This document shows, one piece after another, positions 1 to 12,900 of a stretch of 64,000 bases of DNA (position 1 is the first letter of the stretch; each line of letters opens with the position of its first letter). Under the pieces are notes generated by a model. That model saw only the letters and a list, made by a program, of their open reading frames with translations. It had not been told where the DNA came from and made no database searches. The DNA comes from the human T2T-CHM13v2.0 reference genome, Homo sapiens: the NCBI RefSeq assembly GCF_009914755.1, contig NC_060928.1; one strand, 5' to 3'. Both the position numbers and the translations under genes were made by a program.

Positions 1-4
1 ATCA

Positions 5-160
5 TTATGTGACTTTGAGCAAGTTTCTAAACATCAGTTTGCTCTAGATCTATTACATAGTGATAATAGCTTCTAACTCACAGAGTTTTGAGGAGAATTG
101 AACAAGATAATACACACAAAGTGCATAATAAGCAGTGAATACAGTTAGTTATTATCATTC
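5..160 (+). mobile_element. MIR SINE fragment
   Basis: tgtgactttgagcaagt...gataatagc...aagataatacacacaaagtgc...ttattatcatt resembles the MIR core and 3' end. Confidence 0.6.
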
Positions 161-827
161 AGAAGATTGAAGGAACACAGCTAATCACTGTTACTGTGCA
201 ATCCCTACTCAAGCCACAGTGGACTAAAACCATTGTCTATGTTGCTTCCTCTTCCTGGTTTAACTTTTAAAATCCTACTCATCTTTAATGACAGTGAGAA
301 GATATCTTTTCCTCTGGGAAGATTTCCCCACAATAACAGAGTTGATATACTATGGAGTCAGTACCTGCATTTATAACTCAAATTTTAGACGTCTTGATCA
401 GGAGCTTCCCTTCACAGAATTAATCCCTGCCTCCTATCCTTCTCTTAGCAAGTTTTGTTCACAGCTATAGCATAACATGTGGTTCTCAACAGACTAATAC
501 TATGTTGAGCCACGATGATATAAGAGGTGTTGCACACCAAGAGTTCCCACTTTGTCATTATAATCACCTGCCTACCAACTTCTTTACATTCTCTGTTGTT
601 ACTGCCCTGTCAGGGATAGTCAAATACACTGTATGAATTTTAAATATTTTCTGTCTATAATATCTTCATCAATTTAGGACTGAAAGGGTTTACACCCTAC
701 AATAAAGTTCTGCAAGGGACCTGCTCCTTATTTCACTCAGTCATTCATTCCTGCTGCCCAAAATAAAATACTGCCTTGTTTTCTCAGGCTCACTGATAGT
801 GGGAAAAGAAGGGCATTGCTTAATCGT

Positions 828-909
828 TATTAGGTTGAAGCATAAAAATGGCGATGTTTTTGTAGGTCGGATGGTTGAATATTAGCAATTTCACATGGAT
901 CAACCAAGT
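828..909. mobile_element. MADE2-like mariner-derived MITE (~80 bp)
   Basis: tattaggttgaagcataaaaatggcgat...atattagcaatttcacatggatcaacc; imperfect terminal inverted repeats, size and sequence match the recalled MADE2 consensus. Confidence 0.75.
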
Positions 910-1486
910 GATATTGTTATCATTATTATTGTGGTAGTGATTTGTGCTTTTTGATTAGAGTTTGAGCTGAAAATGAATTTCCACAATGGGCAGAAATATG
1001 GATGTCATGATTCTTATTTGTGTATGCAATTAAATATCTATCTCTTTCGGTCCTAGCTGCAACAACTTAATCAATGTTTAATCATTTCACCAACAAATAT
1101 ATATAAATATATGCTTTATATATTGCCATTAGTTTATTAATTCAGCAGGTGCTTTATAATGTTTCCAATTCACATTCATGCATTTTTTCAAACTAAATAA
1201 AGAAGAATTGTATGTCCTTGGAAACTCTCCAATTTGGGATGGGAAAAAGAATTGGAGGAGAAGAGAGCAAGCTACCAGTCATGGAGGGACTACTGCACGC
1301 TGAGCACTCTGTTGAGTGTTTTCTACAACCAGTATTCTTTACAGTCCTTCAATCGCTTTGGGAGATATTGTGCTAACTTGTGGAAAAGGAAACAGAGGTG
1401 GAGAGACTGTATGTTCAAGTTTGTCAGGATAGTCTTGACTTACACCTATTGTCTGGGCAGAAAAGCATGCCCTCCTTAGAGCTAAA

Positions 1487-1782
1487 TTTTTTTTTCCTTG
1501 GCAGAGGTGGATGGAATCTCACTCTGTTACCCAGGCTATACTGCAGTGGTGTGATCTTGGCTTACTGCAAACTCCACCTCCTGGGCTCAAGCGATTCTCC
1601 TGCCTCAACTGCCCTAGTAGCTGGGATTACAGGCATGCACCACCATGTCCGGCTAATTTTTGTATTTTTAGTAGAGACGGGGTTTCACCATGTTGGCCAG
1701 GCTGGTCTCAAACTCTTGACCTCAAGTGATCCACCTACCTCACCCTCCCAAAGTGCTGGGATTACAGGCGTGAGCCACGGCA
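1487..1782 (-). mobile_element. AluS-family SINE
   Basis: Poly-T then antisense Alu dimer (ctcactctgttacccaggct...gctgggattacaggcgtgagccac); explains ORFs 1380..1796 and 1511..1729. Confidence 0.95.
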
Positions 1783-4154
1783 TACTTGAGCTTTGAACCC
1801 CCAAGTTACATTAATATCTATATGACTATGCCTCTCACACTGTCTGGTACATACAGTTGTGTTAAATATTTGTTTAGTATTTTGTTTTTATAATGATTTG
1901 AGGAATAAACTTTTTATCCTGTGGGATATATCTCGGGCATGATCATTTGATTTGGGGGAAAACTTGCTCCAATTGATAGAAAATCAAATGACCGTAATAA
2001 CACATCTTTGATACCAATTTAGATTCACCTTCACTAACAAAAAAGAAGAAACTTTTCAAAAAGCTAGATATGGATCACAAAAATTGTTTACAGACATGTG
2101 TGTGGCACAGATGAAGGAGCAGAAAGGGCAACCATTTTCACTCAGCTCCTAATCACAGTTTGACTTAAGTCAGTAGATTTGGCCTTGGCTTTGTGCTTGA
2201 AAAGGAATCATACCTGTCTCTGCCTGCCAACTACCATGATTACTGAGTATATTTCCTTTCCTTAAGCCAATCAAAGCACAATTCTAACTCTAAAAATTCA
2301 GAGAAGTGATGTGGTTCCTGATGCAAGTATTGAAAATAGATCCCATTCGCCGCATGGCCCCCCAGGGTACGTACCTCTCAGCAAACTTGATATTAATTGC
2401 TTTGTTTTAGGGTAGGTCAAGTGTACTGTCACTTCTCTCTGATTATATTTTTCCTGGAGCTTTTTAGTATCCAAACTTGTCTTGCTCTATCACACACAAT
2501 TGATGTTCTACATGATCAGCAGATTAACACACAGCCCAAACAATTTCCTGTGGTTATTAGGCAGTCTGATCAGAACTGCCCTAAGCTTCACCACAAATGA
2601 GCAAGTCTAATTCGAAAAATATTAAAAGAAATAGATGAAGCAAGACATTTAACTCTACAGGGTGGAAGAGAATGCTCCCTTATAGTGAAGACTTGCTGGA
2701 CATGGCATAGGTGTGTTTACACAAAGGATTATCATTCTGGGAGCTGTGACCCTATGCCACATTGTTTAGAAGGACTTCTGGATTGGGGTTTACAAATATT
2801 CACTGAGTACCTGCTGTGCTGTCCCTGTGCAGGTACAACAGTCAGACATAATTCTTGCCTGTGTGCTGGTGAAACCACCACCAAGATAAACCAAACTGAG
2901 TCTAAATCCTACATCCTAAAATTATTATGATTTAATGATTGATTTTCAAATTTTCAAATAATAAATTTTTATTTTCTGTTTTTATGATTATAAAAGGAAG
3001 GCAGTTATAAATTAGAAAATTTTGTAAAATTCATAAAAGAATTGAGAAAAAATCACCATACAGACTTGGCAAATGTTAAAAGATTAGTTATTTTCTTAAA
3101 ATCTTTTTCTCTTTTTTTATACATATATGTATAATTATATCATACTTGGGTTTATGTTAGATCTATATAATTTATACCTTGTTTTTTTCCTACCATATAA
3201 CATTAACAAAATATGTACTTTCCTAACCATTTAATGTGCTATAGAAATATTTTACTGGCTTCGTGTTTTTCAAAGTTATGGATATGCCATCATTTTCTTA
3301 ATCCTTCCCTTGTTTATGAATATTTAGATTAATTATAATCTTTCCACATTATTACTAACTCTGTTAGGAGCATCTTTATGCGTTTATATTTTTCTCTGTC
3401 TTGGATTGTTTCTTTAGTCTAGGTTGTAGAATTGCCATTCCTGGATTCAAAGGTTTGATATTAAATAATTATTTTTATATTTACGTAGTGATACTTGTTT
3501 ATAATTTTAAAAGCTCAGTAATCCTAATGAGTTTATGAGTAACTAGTACTAGAAGTAAATCAAAAGTACCCTGTTTTTCTCCTGCACAGAGGCAATAATC
3601 TTCAGAAGTTTCTGTTTTTTCTTTTTATGGTATTTATCACCCTATCACTTAACATGTTTAATTGCTAGATCCTAACTTTTTAAAATTAGATAATATTATT
3701 ATATTTCTGCCATGGATGACAAATATTCAGATCTTATACAACTTTTCTCTTTCTCCTCATCATTTCCCAAAGTATTTCTCTTCTCTTATTACTTAATATA
3801 ACTTAAAAGTATAGGATGCATCAATATTCAGTGTTTATTATATTATGCAAGTAAACTATGAACTATATATAAACACCATAAAATTTATTATGTAAATATT
3901 ATTTACAGGTGGGCCTAAGTGTATATGTTAGAGCTTATTTCTTATAAAACTTTTCACTTTTCTCAGAATTTGTAATTGCCTTTACTTTTAACTGATGTGT
4001 ATCCTATCTAAATGTGACTAATTCATCTTCGTATTCTCCAGCAAATCTATAAAGCAAGCATATAATTAAACATATAAGATAATCTGTAGCTTTTTTACAT
4101 CAATATCCTTCCTGGATTCTTCTGCCCACCTATTTTAAATAGAACAGATTGTTT

Positions 4155-4412
4155 CATTGCAACCTCAGTCTCTGAAACCACTAATCCATAATTATGTGAT
4201 TTTAAGTATGCTATATAAATGTAATCAGAGAGTATATCACCTTTGGAGATTACCTTTTTTCACTTAGCGTAATTCCATTGAGATCCATCTATGTTGTGTG
4301 AAACAATGGTTGGTTGCTTGTTATTGCTGAGTAGTATACATGGTATTGATATACCATAATCGCTTAACCATTTATCCACTGAAGAACATCTGGTTGCTTC
4401 CAGTTTTTGGCT
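4155..4412 (-). mobile_element. Old L1M (L1MC/ME-type) 3' UTR fragment
   Basis: tttcacttagcgtaat...gagatccatc...ttattgctgagtagtat...catctggttgcttccagtttttggct. Confidence 0.7.
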
Positions 4413-5007
4413 CTGTGAGCACTTATGTTGCAGAAAAGTTGTCCCAATTTTAATTACCAAAAGCAGTATCACAGGAAAATATGTCCACTCCCTCACTTGA
4501 GAGCAGAAGGGTTTTACAGCTTAACAATGTGTGTCCCCAGAACTTAGCATCGTTTGACCATGTCATAAATAGAATAAATTTGATTTCTGAATGACTGAGA
4601 TGTTCCAAGGCAGAAGAGTAAGTAACTACTGTAGATCATCAGAGATCATGGTGTTTGAGGATTCAATAGAAGAGGCTTGTTTTGTCCTTTGAAGAGTGGA
4701 TATGATATGATCAGGCAGCAGGCTATGAGGGACATGGTTGCATTGTTAACAAAAGACATTGTCCTTTAGTTAAAGGGATCGAGCAACTAAAGTATGTTAA
4801 AAATGATTGAGTAGATCATGTTCGATAAAGAGTAAAATTTGTGTAGATGAGTCAAGAAAAACAGTATGAAAGGATAGATTTGAGAGCAGATTGTGGATGG
4901 CCTGGAAAGTACAGCTGAAAACTGACGTTTTTCTGATAGGCTTTTGAAAGCCATGCCAGGTTTGTGTTTGGAGAAGGATTGTTGAAAGGTGCATTATAAT
5001 AAGTAAT

Positions 5008-5071
5008 TTGGTGGCCTTTGTTGCAATACTGCAGTTGCTTGGTGGCCTTTGTTGCAATACTACAGTTGCTT
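5008..5071. repeat. 31-bp tandem duplication
   Basis: ttggtggcctttgttgcaatactRcagttgc x2, one mismatch. Confidence 0.95.
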
Positions 5072-6042
5072 ATATCCAAATAATATGTACATCTTTGCCT
5101 GTGGTCAACAAAATCTCAAGCGCGATATCATTTTCAGATAAGCAATCATCACATCAGAAGTCAGAGTCTATGAAGAGTTTCTTTTACCAACTAGAGGAGG
5201 GGGTCGCAAAGTGAGAAGGAGCTCTGAAGACAGTCACCGGAATCCTTATCATGCAGAGAAGGATGAGGACTGGCATATTTCAGGTGCCTCAATCTAGAGC
5301 CATTTTTTGCCTTGCTTTCTGTCCTGACTATCAAAGCCTCCTAATGACAGTAAAATAGTGCCAATAGTGCCAGCCCTCAAGACTTCTGCACCTTCCATGT
5401 ATTTTACAGGCAATGTACCATTTACCCCTTACTCCAAGCTTGCATGGAAGTTATTTTTACTCTCATTCTAGAGATTCAGTGCCTTGGGCCTATGGACATA
5501 TCCTGAGAGGGCACAAATAGGGTAAGAAAATGCTACTTGTCACAAAAAAAGCAGAGGCCACACAAGAGAGAGAGAGAGATCGGAGGATTTTCAAAAGTCA
5601 AATCAGAGAAATTCTGCTACCATCACTAACTCGAAAGTGCTGCAAAAGGGCAATAACGAGGCCACACGTAGAAGGAAATAAAGTTTGAAGAGCAGAAAGG
5701 AAACTGGAGTGAAATAGGAGTGGGTGACTCAAAGGAAGTCCTGGGGAGGGGCCTCTGCAAACACTGCAGTGATGTTGGTTACTTGCCTTTTGATCCCTGG
5801 AATATGAGTAGATTCACTCAACTTAATTAAGGAATGGAATAGTTTCAAACAGGGTCTTAAAGTGTGAGGGAGATTTTCCTATGGGAGAAGAGGCCTGAAG
5901 ACCAGAAGCTGCCCAAAGGCACTATGGCAGATGGCAACAGGAGGAACAGCTCCTAATGCTGAGCTTAATATAGTGACACGTTTTTTTCTTGCAAGTAATG
6001 CAAGTAGCATTACTAATGCTACTAATACAGAGGGCATACCTC

Positions 6043-6479
6043 TGTATCAGTCAGGGTTCTCCAGAGAAACTGAATCAACAGGATGTGTATGTATATAGGG
6101 AGATTTATTTTAAGGAATTGGCTCATACGATTGCGGGGGCTGGCAAGTCTGAAATCTGCAGGCCAGGCTGGGAGTCTGGAGACCCAGGGAACAGTTAAGG
6201 TTGCAGTCCAGGTCTAAAGGAAGTCTGGACACAGAATTTCTTCTTTCCTGGGGACCTCAGTCTTTCCTCTTAAGGCCTTCCACTGACTGGATGAGGTCTA
6301 CCATATAAAGGATGAGGTCTACCATATAAAGAAAGGTCATCTGCTTCTCTCAAATTGCACTGATTTAAATCCTCATCCCATCTAAAGAATATATTCAAAT
6401 TAAGATTTAGATTGGTGTTTGACCAAATGTCTGGACATCATAGCTCAGAGAAGTGAACACACATGAGATCAACCATCAT
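6043..6479 (-). mobile_element. MLT2 (ERVL) solo LTR
   Basis: Starts tgtatcagtcagggttctccagagaaa, contains aggaattggctcat, ends atcaaccatca; contains a perfect 21-bp duplication at 6289-6330. Confidence 0.85.
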
Positions 6480-7119
6480 GGCCTTGAGCTTCTGGGTCAT
6501 TTCAGGTTCCTGTCCAAGGTGAGAATGAAATCGTCCCTACTACACGGTGGCCACTTCTTCTCCTACTGCACACCAGCTCTTACCATACTGTTGGAACTTT
6601 CCTCATGTGGGGCTCAGAAAATGAAGAGGAAAGTTTCTTCCTCCTCAGGGCTGTGCATAGTGAATCTGAGCAATAAGCTGCAGACAGCCAGTTCTCTGCA
6701 CTCTTGACAACAAACCTGAAAGTGGGTTTATGGAATAAACTTTCTAAACCTACTCCCTCCCTGGAGGATCACAGCTCTATTCAGGATTGGCAGCACATTC
6801 TCCTGCTCAGAACAGATGAGGGGTCTTGGAAGGATAAGTTGAAAAGCTAGGTGCAGAGGGCTGACCCTGGCAGGGGCCCAACCAGACCTCATCAGTCACA
6901 CGAGACTTTCTCATGAGATCACCATGGGACTGAGCCACAGGCTTAACCTGGACATGCAGAAACCCAAGAAGATGGCTTATGTGCTTCAAAAATGAACCCA
7001 AAAAATCATCAATAAATGACTTTTCCGGAGATCGGAAACATTAGCTCCCTTCCTGTGCTAGGGAGAAGAGAGTGATTCTATTTTCGATGCTTTGTTGATT
7101 TAGAAATCATGCCAGGTTC

Positions 7120-7350
7120 AGATGTGGTCAGCAAACTGTGGACTAGATATTGCTGGAGGCCTGATTTTGTGTGACTAAAGAGCCAAGAGTGGTGTTTACA
7201 TTGTTAGAGGTATAAGGAAGAAGAAAGAGGAGGGGGAGAAGGAGAGAAGGAGGAGGAGGAGGAAGAGGAGAAACAGAGATCAGATATGGCCTGCAAAACT
7301 TAACATACTTATTATTTGGCTCTTTACAAACAAATTTGCCAACTCCAGGA
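7120..7350. mobile_element. MER58-type hAT-Charlie DNA transposon
   Basis: ggtcagcaaact...atatggcctgcaaaacttaacata...tttacaaacaaatttgccaactcc termini. Confidence 0.7.
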
Positions 7351-8835
7351 CTAGAAGAAAGAATATATGCACTAAAATCAAACTCTTTAACAACACTGGT
7401 GCTGCGCACCATCTGTACAACTCAGGGATGATTACTTTGACTTTGAACCTAGGTGTCGTCACCTGGGGAGCACTGCACACCCAGCTTCTCCTCCAAAGAG
7501 AATTCTTGCAGGAAAGAAACGTGTGTAACTATATTAAGTACAGCATCTAAAAAGGGCATCAACATAACAACGAACATACTTTAAAGATTCTATTAATAGA
7601 AACTTTAAAAATAAGCAAAACTCTGGTAGGTGTGTGGAGTATAGTTACTGTTTTGTTGATGAGTGCTGGTTACATGGGTATCCCTGCTTATGAAAATTAA
7701 TCAAAATTTGTGTTCCCTTAGGAACACTTTTTGAAATGTGAATTACACTATATTAAAACATATTTTAAATGACATCTAACTGAGAAAACTTTTGAAACTT
7801 CAAGAAAAACCTTTTGTTTTTCTTGAAGTCTACCAATAAAATAATATCTGAGGGGAAGTTTGTGTTCAACAAAAAAAGGGAACAGGATGAGATGCGCTAG
7901 TTTGGCTTAATCAAACCAAACCATTCTTTACATTGACTTGCAGCCCAGTGTTTTTTCCACTTCACCATGATATTTCATCTCTTCTGGACCTGGAGAGGTA
8001 AACACCTGTGGGATGGTGGTGACCAACAGGGCATTTAACTGAAGCTTTGTCTATCTGATGTCCCAGTAACGACCAGCTCCTAACAATCTGCCCCTACCCA
8101 CTCCCTCCTCATATCTGGTTCTGTCCACATGTAAACACATACTCTGGTCACATTAAACTATTCCTTTTCCTGATCATATCAAGATGCCTCACAATTCTGA
8201 CCTTCATACATTCCATTCCTGCTCCTCAAAATACCATCAGCTTTTTAAAAAACTGCTTAATTTACTTTAGTAATACAGAAGAATTTTATACATAGTTTAT
8301 TAAAAATAACTTTGGGAAGCTGTACTTTGATCAGCAATAAAACTATTGAAAAGATAAGGTTATCAAATAATTACCCCATGTTAATCCTGAAAATAATTGT
8401 TATAAGCCAATCTTGTAAATTCAAGACCAGGCACATCATAAATAATCACAAAAATTAGAAACATACTCAAAATATCCGTATGTTTAGTATACATAGAAAA
8501 TTCACTGACTGAAATAAATCATGAAACATGGACTGGAATTTTGTGGGCTCTTAAACTTCATTTTGTCCCTATTGTTTTAAAATGTCAATGGTTTGGACCA
8601 TTTCTGCATTTGTTAAAACTGTAACCTTAAAATTTTTTTAAAAAATAACTTTACAAACACATAAATATGCTTAATCACTAACTTGGGAAACTTCTGTTGC
8701 TCCAAATCAAGTATTTCTCTTTGTCTATGAAACTTTCTCTAGCCAGCATCATGACTGCTGACCGATTTCCACTGTGTATGTTATGCGTGCTTCTATGAGG
8801 GAGTCCATGACACATACATAATTATTTATTTGTAT

Positions 8836-9295
8836 TGTAGCAGGACAAACCACAGACAAAACCCTTCAGACACCGAGTTAAAGAAGGAAGGGTTTTATTC
8901 AGCCAGGAGCTTCGGCAAGACTCACGTCTCCAACAACTGAGCTCCCTGAGTGAGCAATTCCTGTCCCTTTTAAGGGCTCACAACTCTAAGGGGCTCTGCG
9001 TGAGAGGGTCGTGATCTATTGAGCAAGCAGGGGATACACGACTAGGGGCTGCATGCACCAGTAATCAGAACGGAATAGAACAGGACAGGGATTTTCACAA
9101 TGCTTTTCCATACAATGTCTGGAATCTGTAGATAACATAACCGGTTAGGTCAGGCGTCGATCTTTAACCAGGCCCAGGGCATGGCGCTGGGCTGTCTGCC
9201 TGTGGAATTCATTTCTGTCTTTTAGTTTTTACTTCTTCTTTCTTTGGAGGCAGAAATTGGGCATAAGACAATATGACGGGTGGTCTCCTCCCTTA
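8836..9295 (-). mobile_element. LTR2-family (HERV-E/Harlequin, ERV1) solo LTR
   Basis: Full-length match from tgtagcaggac to ggtggtctcctccctta; 4-bp TSD GTAT (8832-8835, 9296-9299); sits in an L2-like 3' end. Confidence 0.92.
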
Positions 9296-9999
9296 GTATG
9301 TTTGCCTATCCTAGTACCTCAGACTTCTTGAAGAGAAGAAATGCCCTATCTCCCAGTGACTGATATCTAGTAGAGACTCAACATGCATTTGTTAAATAAA
9401 TGACTTGAGAATCCTTATGACTTGAAGATAATGTTTTAAAATGACAGAAAATTATTTTTTCCATTTGTGTGATTCTTCCTAGTGAAGTAATACTCCTTCA
9501 CAAATTGGTTAAAGCTTTCTTTTTAAAACATGTATTTATGTCAATGAATTTTAACACACACAGTGATATGATTTTCAAGACCAGTCAATTTTTTTTAAGA
9601 AACTCAATAGAAAAGTTAAAGACTCGATGAATTATACAAATATTTCAGATTATTATCTGACTATGCATTATTTCTTTCATGAAAGAAAGCCAAAAGCAAA
9701 AATGAAGCCAAAAGCAAATCATTTTTTAATGAACCATTGAAATTTAACCCCTGGAATAATTAACTAAAAAATAATATAGAATTTGTTTCATAGACTAACT
9801 GTGAATAGTTAAGAAGGTCTTCACTGAATAACCAGTGGTTTATATAGCAAAAATGTTGTTAGATAAAAGGAAAGAGTTAATCTTGTGCCTATTGAATAAT
9901 ACATTTTTGTGTTTGAGAACCCAGTTATTTTGATATTATTTAAAACACTGCCATTAGACTAATGTGAGCCTTTTTGAAAAAATCTTTCAACCCTCTTCC

Positions 10000-12900
10000 T
10001 TCAATTTCTCCGTCTATAAATACTTACAATATACTGCAACTCTAAAATAACTCAAGATTTAATTTAACCTATTTGTGTTGAGGAATGATCTGAGATGCGA
10101 TACCCAAAATGCTCACTAGATGGCAGGGTTCCCATTTCAAAGGGAGCGCTACCTTGTTACAAAACAGTAAAGGCTTCCAACAAACAGAATTCGAAATGTG
10201 TTTATTTGCGTGGCTATAAATATAGCACATCTGATCCAATTTTCCACTGGGTTCCATGCTTTTCAGTGATTTTTCAGCCAGTTTTTTAAAAAGTCAGATT
10301 AAAGACGTTATTTGATATGCAGCCACATTCTTTCCAAATAATCAAAATTAATCCCTATTCCTTATTTTTAATCAGACATTGCATATCCATCCACAGTGTC
10401 TTTAGCTGAAAGAAATTATGAACCCATTTATTAAGTGGTGTGTGATTTTTGAACACAGTTTCGCCAAGCCCTCAGCATGTGTAAGTATGAATATCTCTGG
10501 AATTTATTTACAGTTCCAGAAAACCAAAGCAACACCTGCTAAACTTTGTTATATTCCTGACAGGGTGCTCACTGCTGTTTAAAAGCCATTCCTACTGTGG
10601 CCAGTTGTGACTGCCTGAGACCAAATATTCTCAAGGTAAATTGAACCGAATTTTCAGGCAAGGGAAGGTGCTTTGATCAACTAAGTAAATGTATGTGGTT
10701 AATCTTTGAAAAACAAATGGCATGCATACAGGCAAAGCTATTATTATTACCAGTTATCATGATTATTATTGTTGCTGACTATTTTATTTCTAAAACTTTC
10801 AGAGGAGTACTTTCCAAGAAATTTAAGATCAAGGAAAAGAAATGTATTTCTTCTAAATCTAACATAGCAGATTTGGTGTTTCAACCAAAAGAAATTTTTC
10901 CACTTGCATGGTTCATACTGAGCAACCTTTTATTAATATGAAAAAGGAATCTTCCAGACTTCCCTGAAAATTGCAAATTTGCTTATTCTCAATATTTATC
11001 ATAAATTGCTAAACTTTCTGGCCTAAATTTAAATTATTTCAAGGCAGAGTCATTGGAAGCATAGCCCTGCCTTTCCATTTGCAAAGCAACACAACACTCT
11101 AAGAAGAATCCCTCTTAACATAAAACAAAGTGATATGTCATGTGGTCTTCAGGGTAAAATGTGAAACAAATATACCAAAATCTATCTTCCTTCCATTACA
11201 ACAACAACAACAACAACAACAAAACTAGGTCACACTTGAAATCCCCCCGCCCTTGTCATGGACAGTAGCGTTTTTTAAATCCCTCTTCAGTCTCTGGGCA
11301 GTGTTTAGACACAAAGTATTTTAATATGTCATGAAGTCCCTGTCTTTCTGCCTAATCCTACTCTATCATAATGCATCTAGCACAATGGAGATGCATGCAT
11401 GCTTAATTTCCATAAATTACACAGCCCTGCATTTTCATAAAGACAAATTCCAATTGTAAACTATTAAACCTAAGTCAACATCCTTTGATGTCTCTGAGAA
11501 AGATTGTGGGGGAAGTTTAAGCATTCCCACATGGGGATGTGTTCCCTAGAGTAGGTGAGGAGGGAGGTAATATTTTTTTTGCCCCTCATATCTCTTTATT
11601 AACTTGGATGTGTTCTTCTGAGGCTGAAGTGAGTTCCTTTACAGAAACTTAAAAAAAAAAAACAAAAACACAACACAACAAAACAAAAACACTGTGGGAA
11701 AACCAGCACCACACATCACTTCTCCCAAAAGCTAAACTCTTAATCAGAATCAAAAGAAACTCTGTTTCTCTGAAGCCATGGCTTGGTTTCAGCCTCTAAA
11801 GTGGGAACCAAGTCTAGCCGTCCCTAACCAATAGCCTTACTCTTTGGATTATCGAATGTTACTTTTTTTCTTTGTTTCGAAACTCTCTCCTTCAAGCTCT
11901 CTTATAACTATGTAGTTAGATCAAAGGGAATACCATCCAGACCTCTCCATTCAGGTACCATGGAGCTTTCATTATTTAGTTGTGGAATTTCCTCAACAGA
12001 TCCTGTTCTCAGCATCCTGTTGACATAATTTAACATACAGGTTATAAAGACTTCTGTGAGCCTTCTCCCTTCCTGTTTACTTTCACTCCTCGGTGGAACC
12101 CAGGGCTCAGAAGCCGGCTCTTTTACATCTGAAAGCCGGATCACCTCCCCCCAAAGCAGGAAAGGTGTGAAAAGTAAGCAAGGGAAAGCAAGAAAGCAAA
12201 TACAGTGGCTTTTTAACAGCGCTGCAGACCTGGCTCCGTCTGAGAGGTGATTCAGGGAGTGAGAATTCTGAGCAGGGGGCAGGATGGGGACCATGGATAC
12301 ATTTCTAGGTCCTGCTGGGTTGGTCCTTCACAGGGTGGCTTTGTTGTGAGATGTGACATGTTATGAATTCCTGGAACCCCACACACACTTGCATGCAAAT
12401 GTAAGTTGATTTAAACACAAGAGGGGGCTCTCAGATTCAAGGCCACTAACCAGAACTAGTGAGATGGAAGATTTCTTAGTTCTGTAATTATTCCTGATGC
12501 ACACCTCTGGGAAGAGGATGTCTTCCTAACTATATTTGCAAATGTTGGCTGGAAACCATGGGGGCCTGGCCAGAAATCGCCACGTGAGCCATCTCAGGTC
12601 CAGATAAGTCAAAATGTTGTAACAGAGGAATAGCGCCAAAGGGTATTTTAGCAGCAATTTGAACTTTGTAAGCACAATACAATGCAGCTGTTGAAGGTTC
12701 AGGGCTTGTGGCATGCAGTGGGGGTGAGCGCAAGGTGTTGGTGCAGGGGCAGTGTCAATGTGTCCACTGCCAAGTGATTTTGAAGCAGACATAGAGAGAC
12801 CACAGATGATGGACAGAGCAGATGAGGAAATCCTTTATTTGCACGAAACTGCTGAAGGATGCAAATTTCAGAGCAGGTAGCACAACCTTTTCAGTTCCAG
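10000..12900. promoter_or_regulatory. Candidate enhancer region (repeat-poor, motif-clustered)
   Basis: No recognisable TE; CTTTGAT-type TCF sites at 10671, 11482, 11918; TTAAGTGG 10431; AGGTGTGAAA 12163; ATGCAAAT 12393, 12859; motif evidence only. Confidence 0.3.
11199..11222. repeat. (CAA)n microsatellite
   Basis: Direct reading. Confidence 0.9.

Noticed and set aside
1380-1796. 138-aa ORF and similar ORFs at 47372, 48009, 56025
   Set aside because: Translations of Alu sequence (typical LTSSDPP.../SLQPPPP peptides); not genes.
10212-10226. gctataaatatagc as a TATA box or MEF2 site
   Set aside because: Not an exact YTAWWWWTAR match and no supporting promoter context such as a CpG island.
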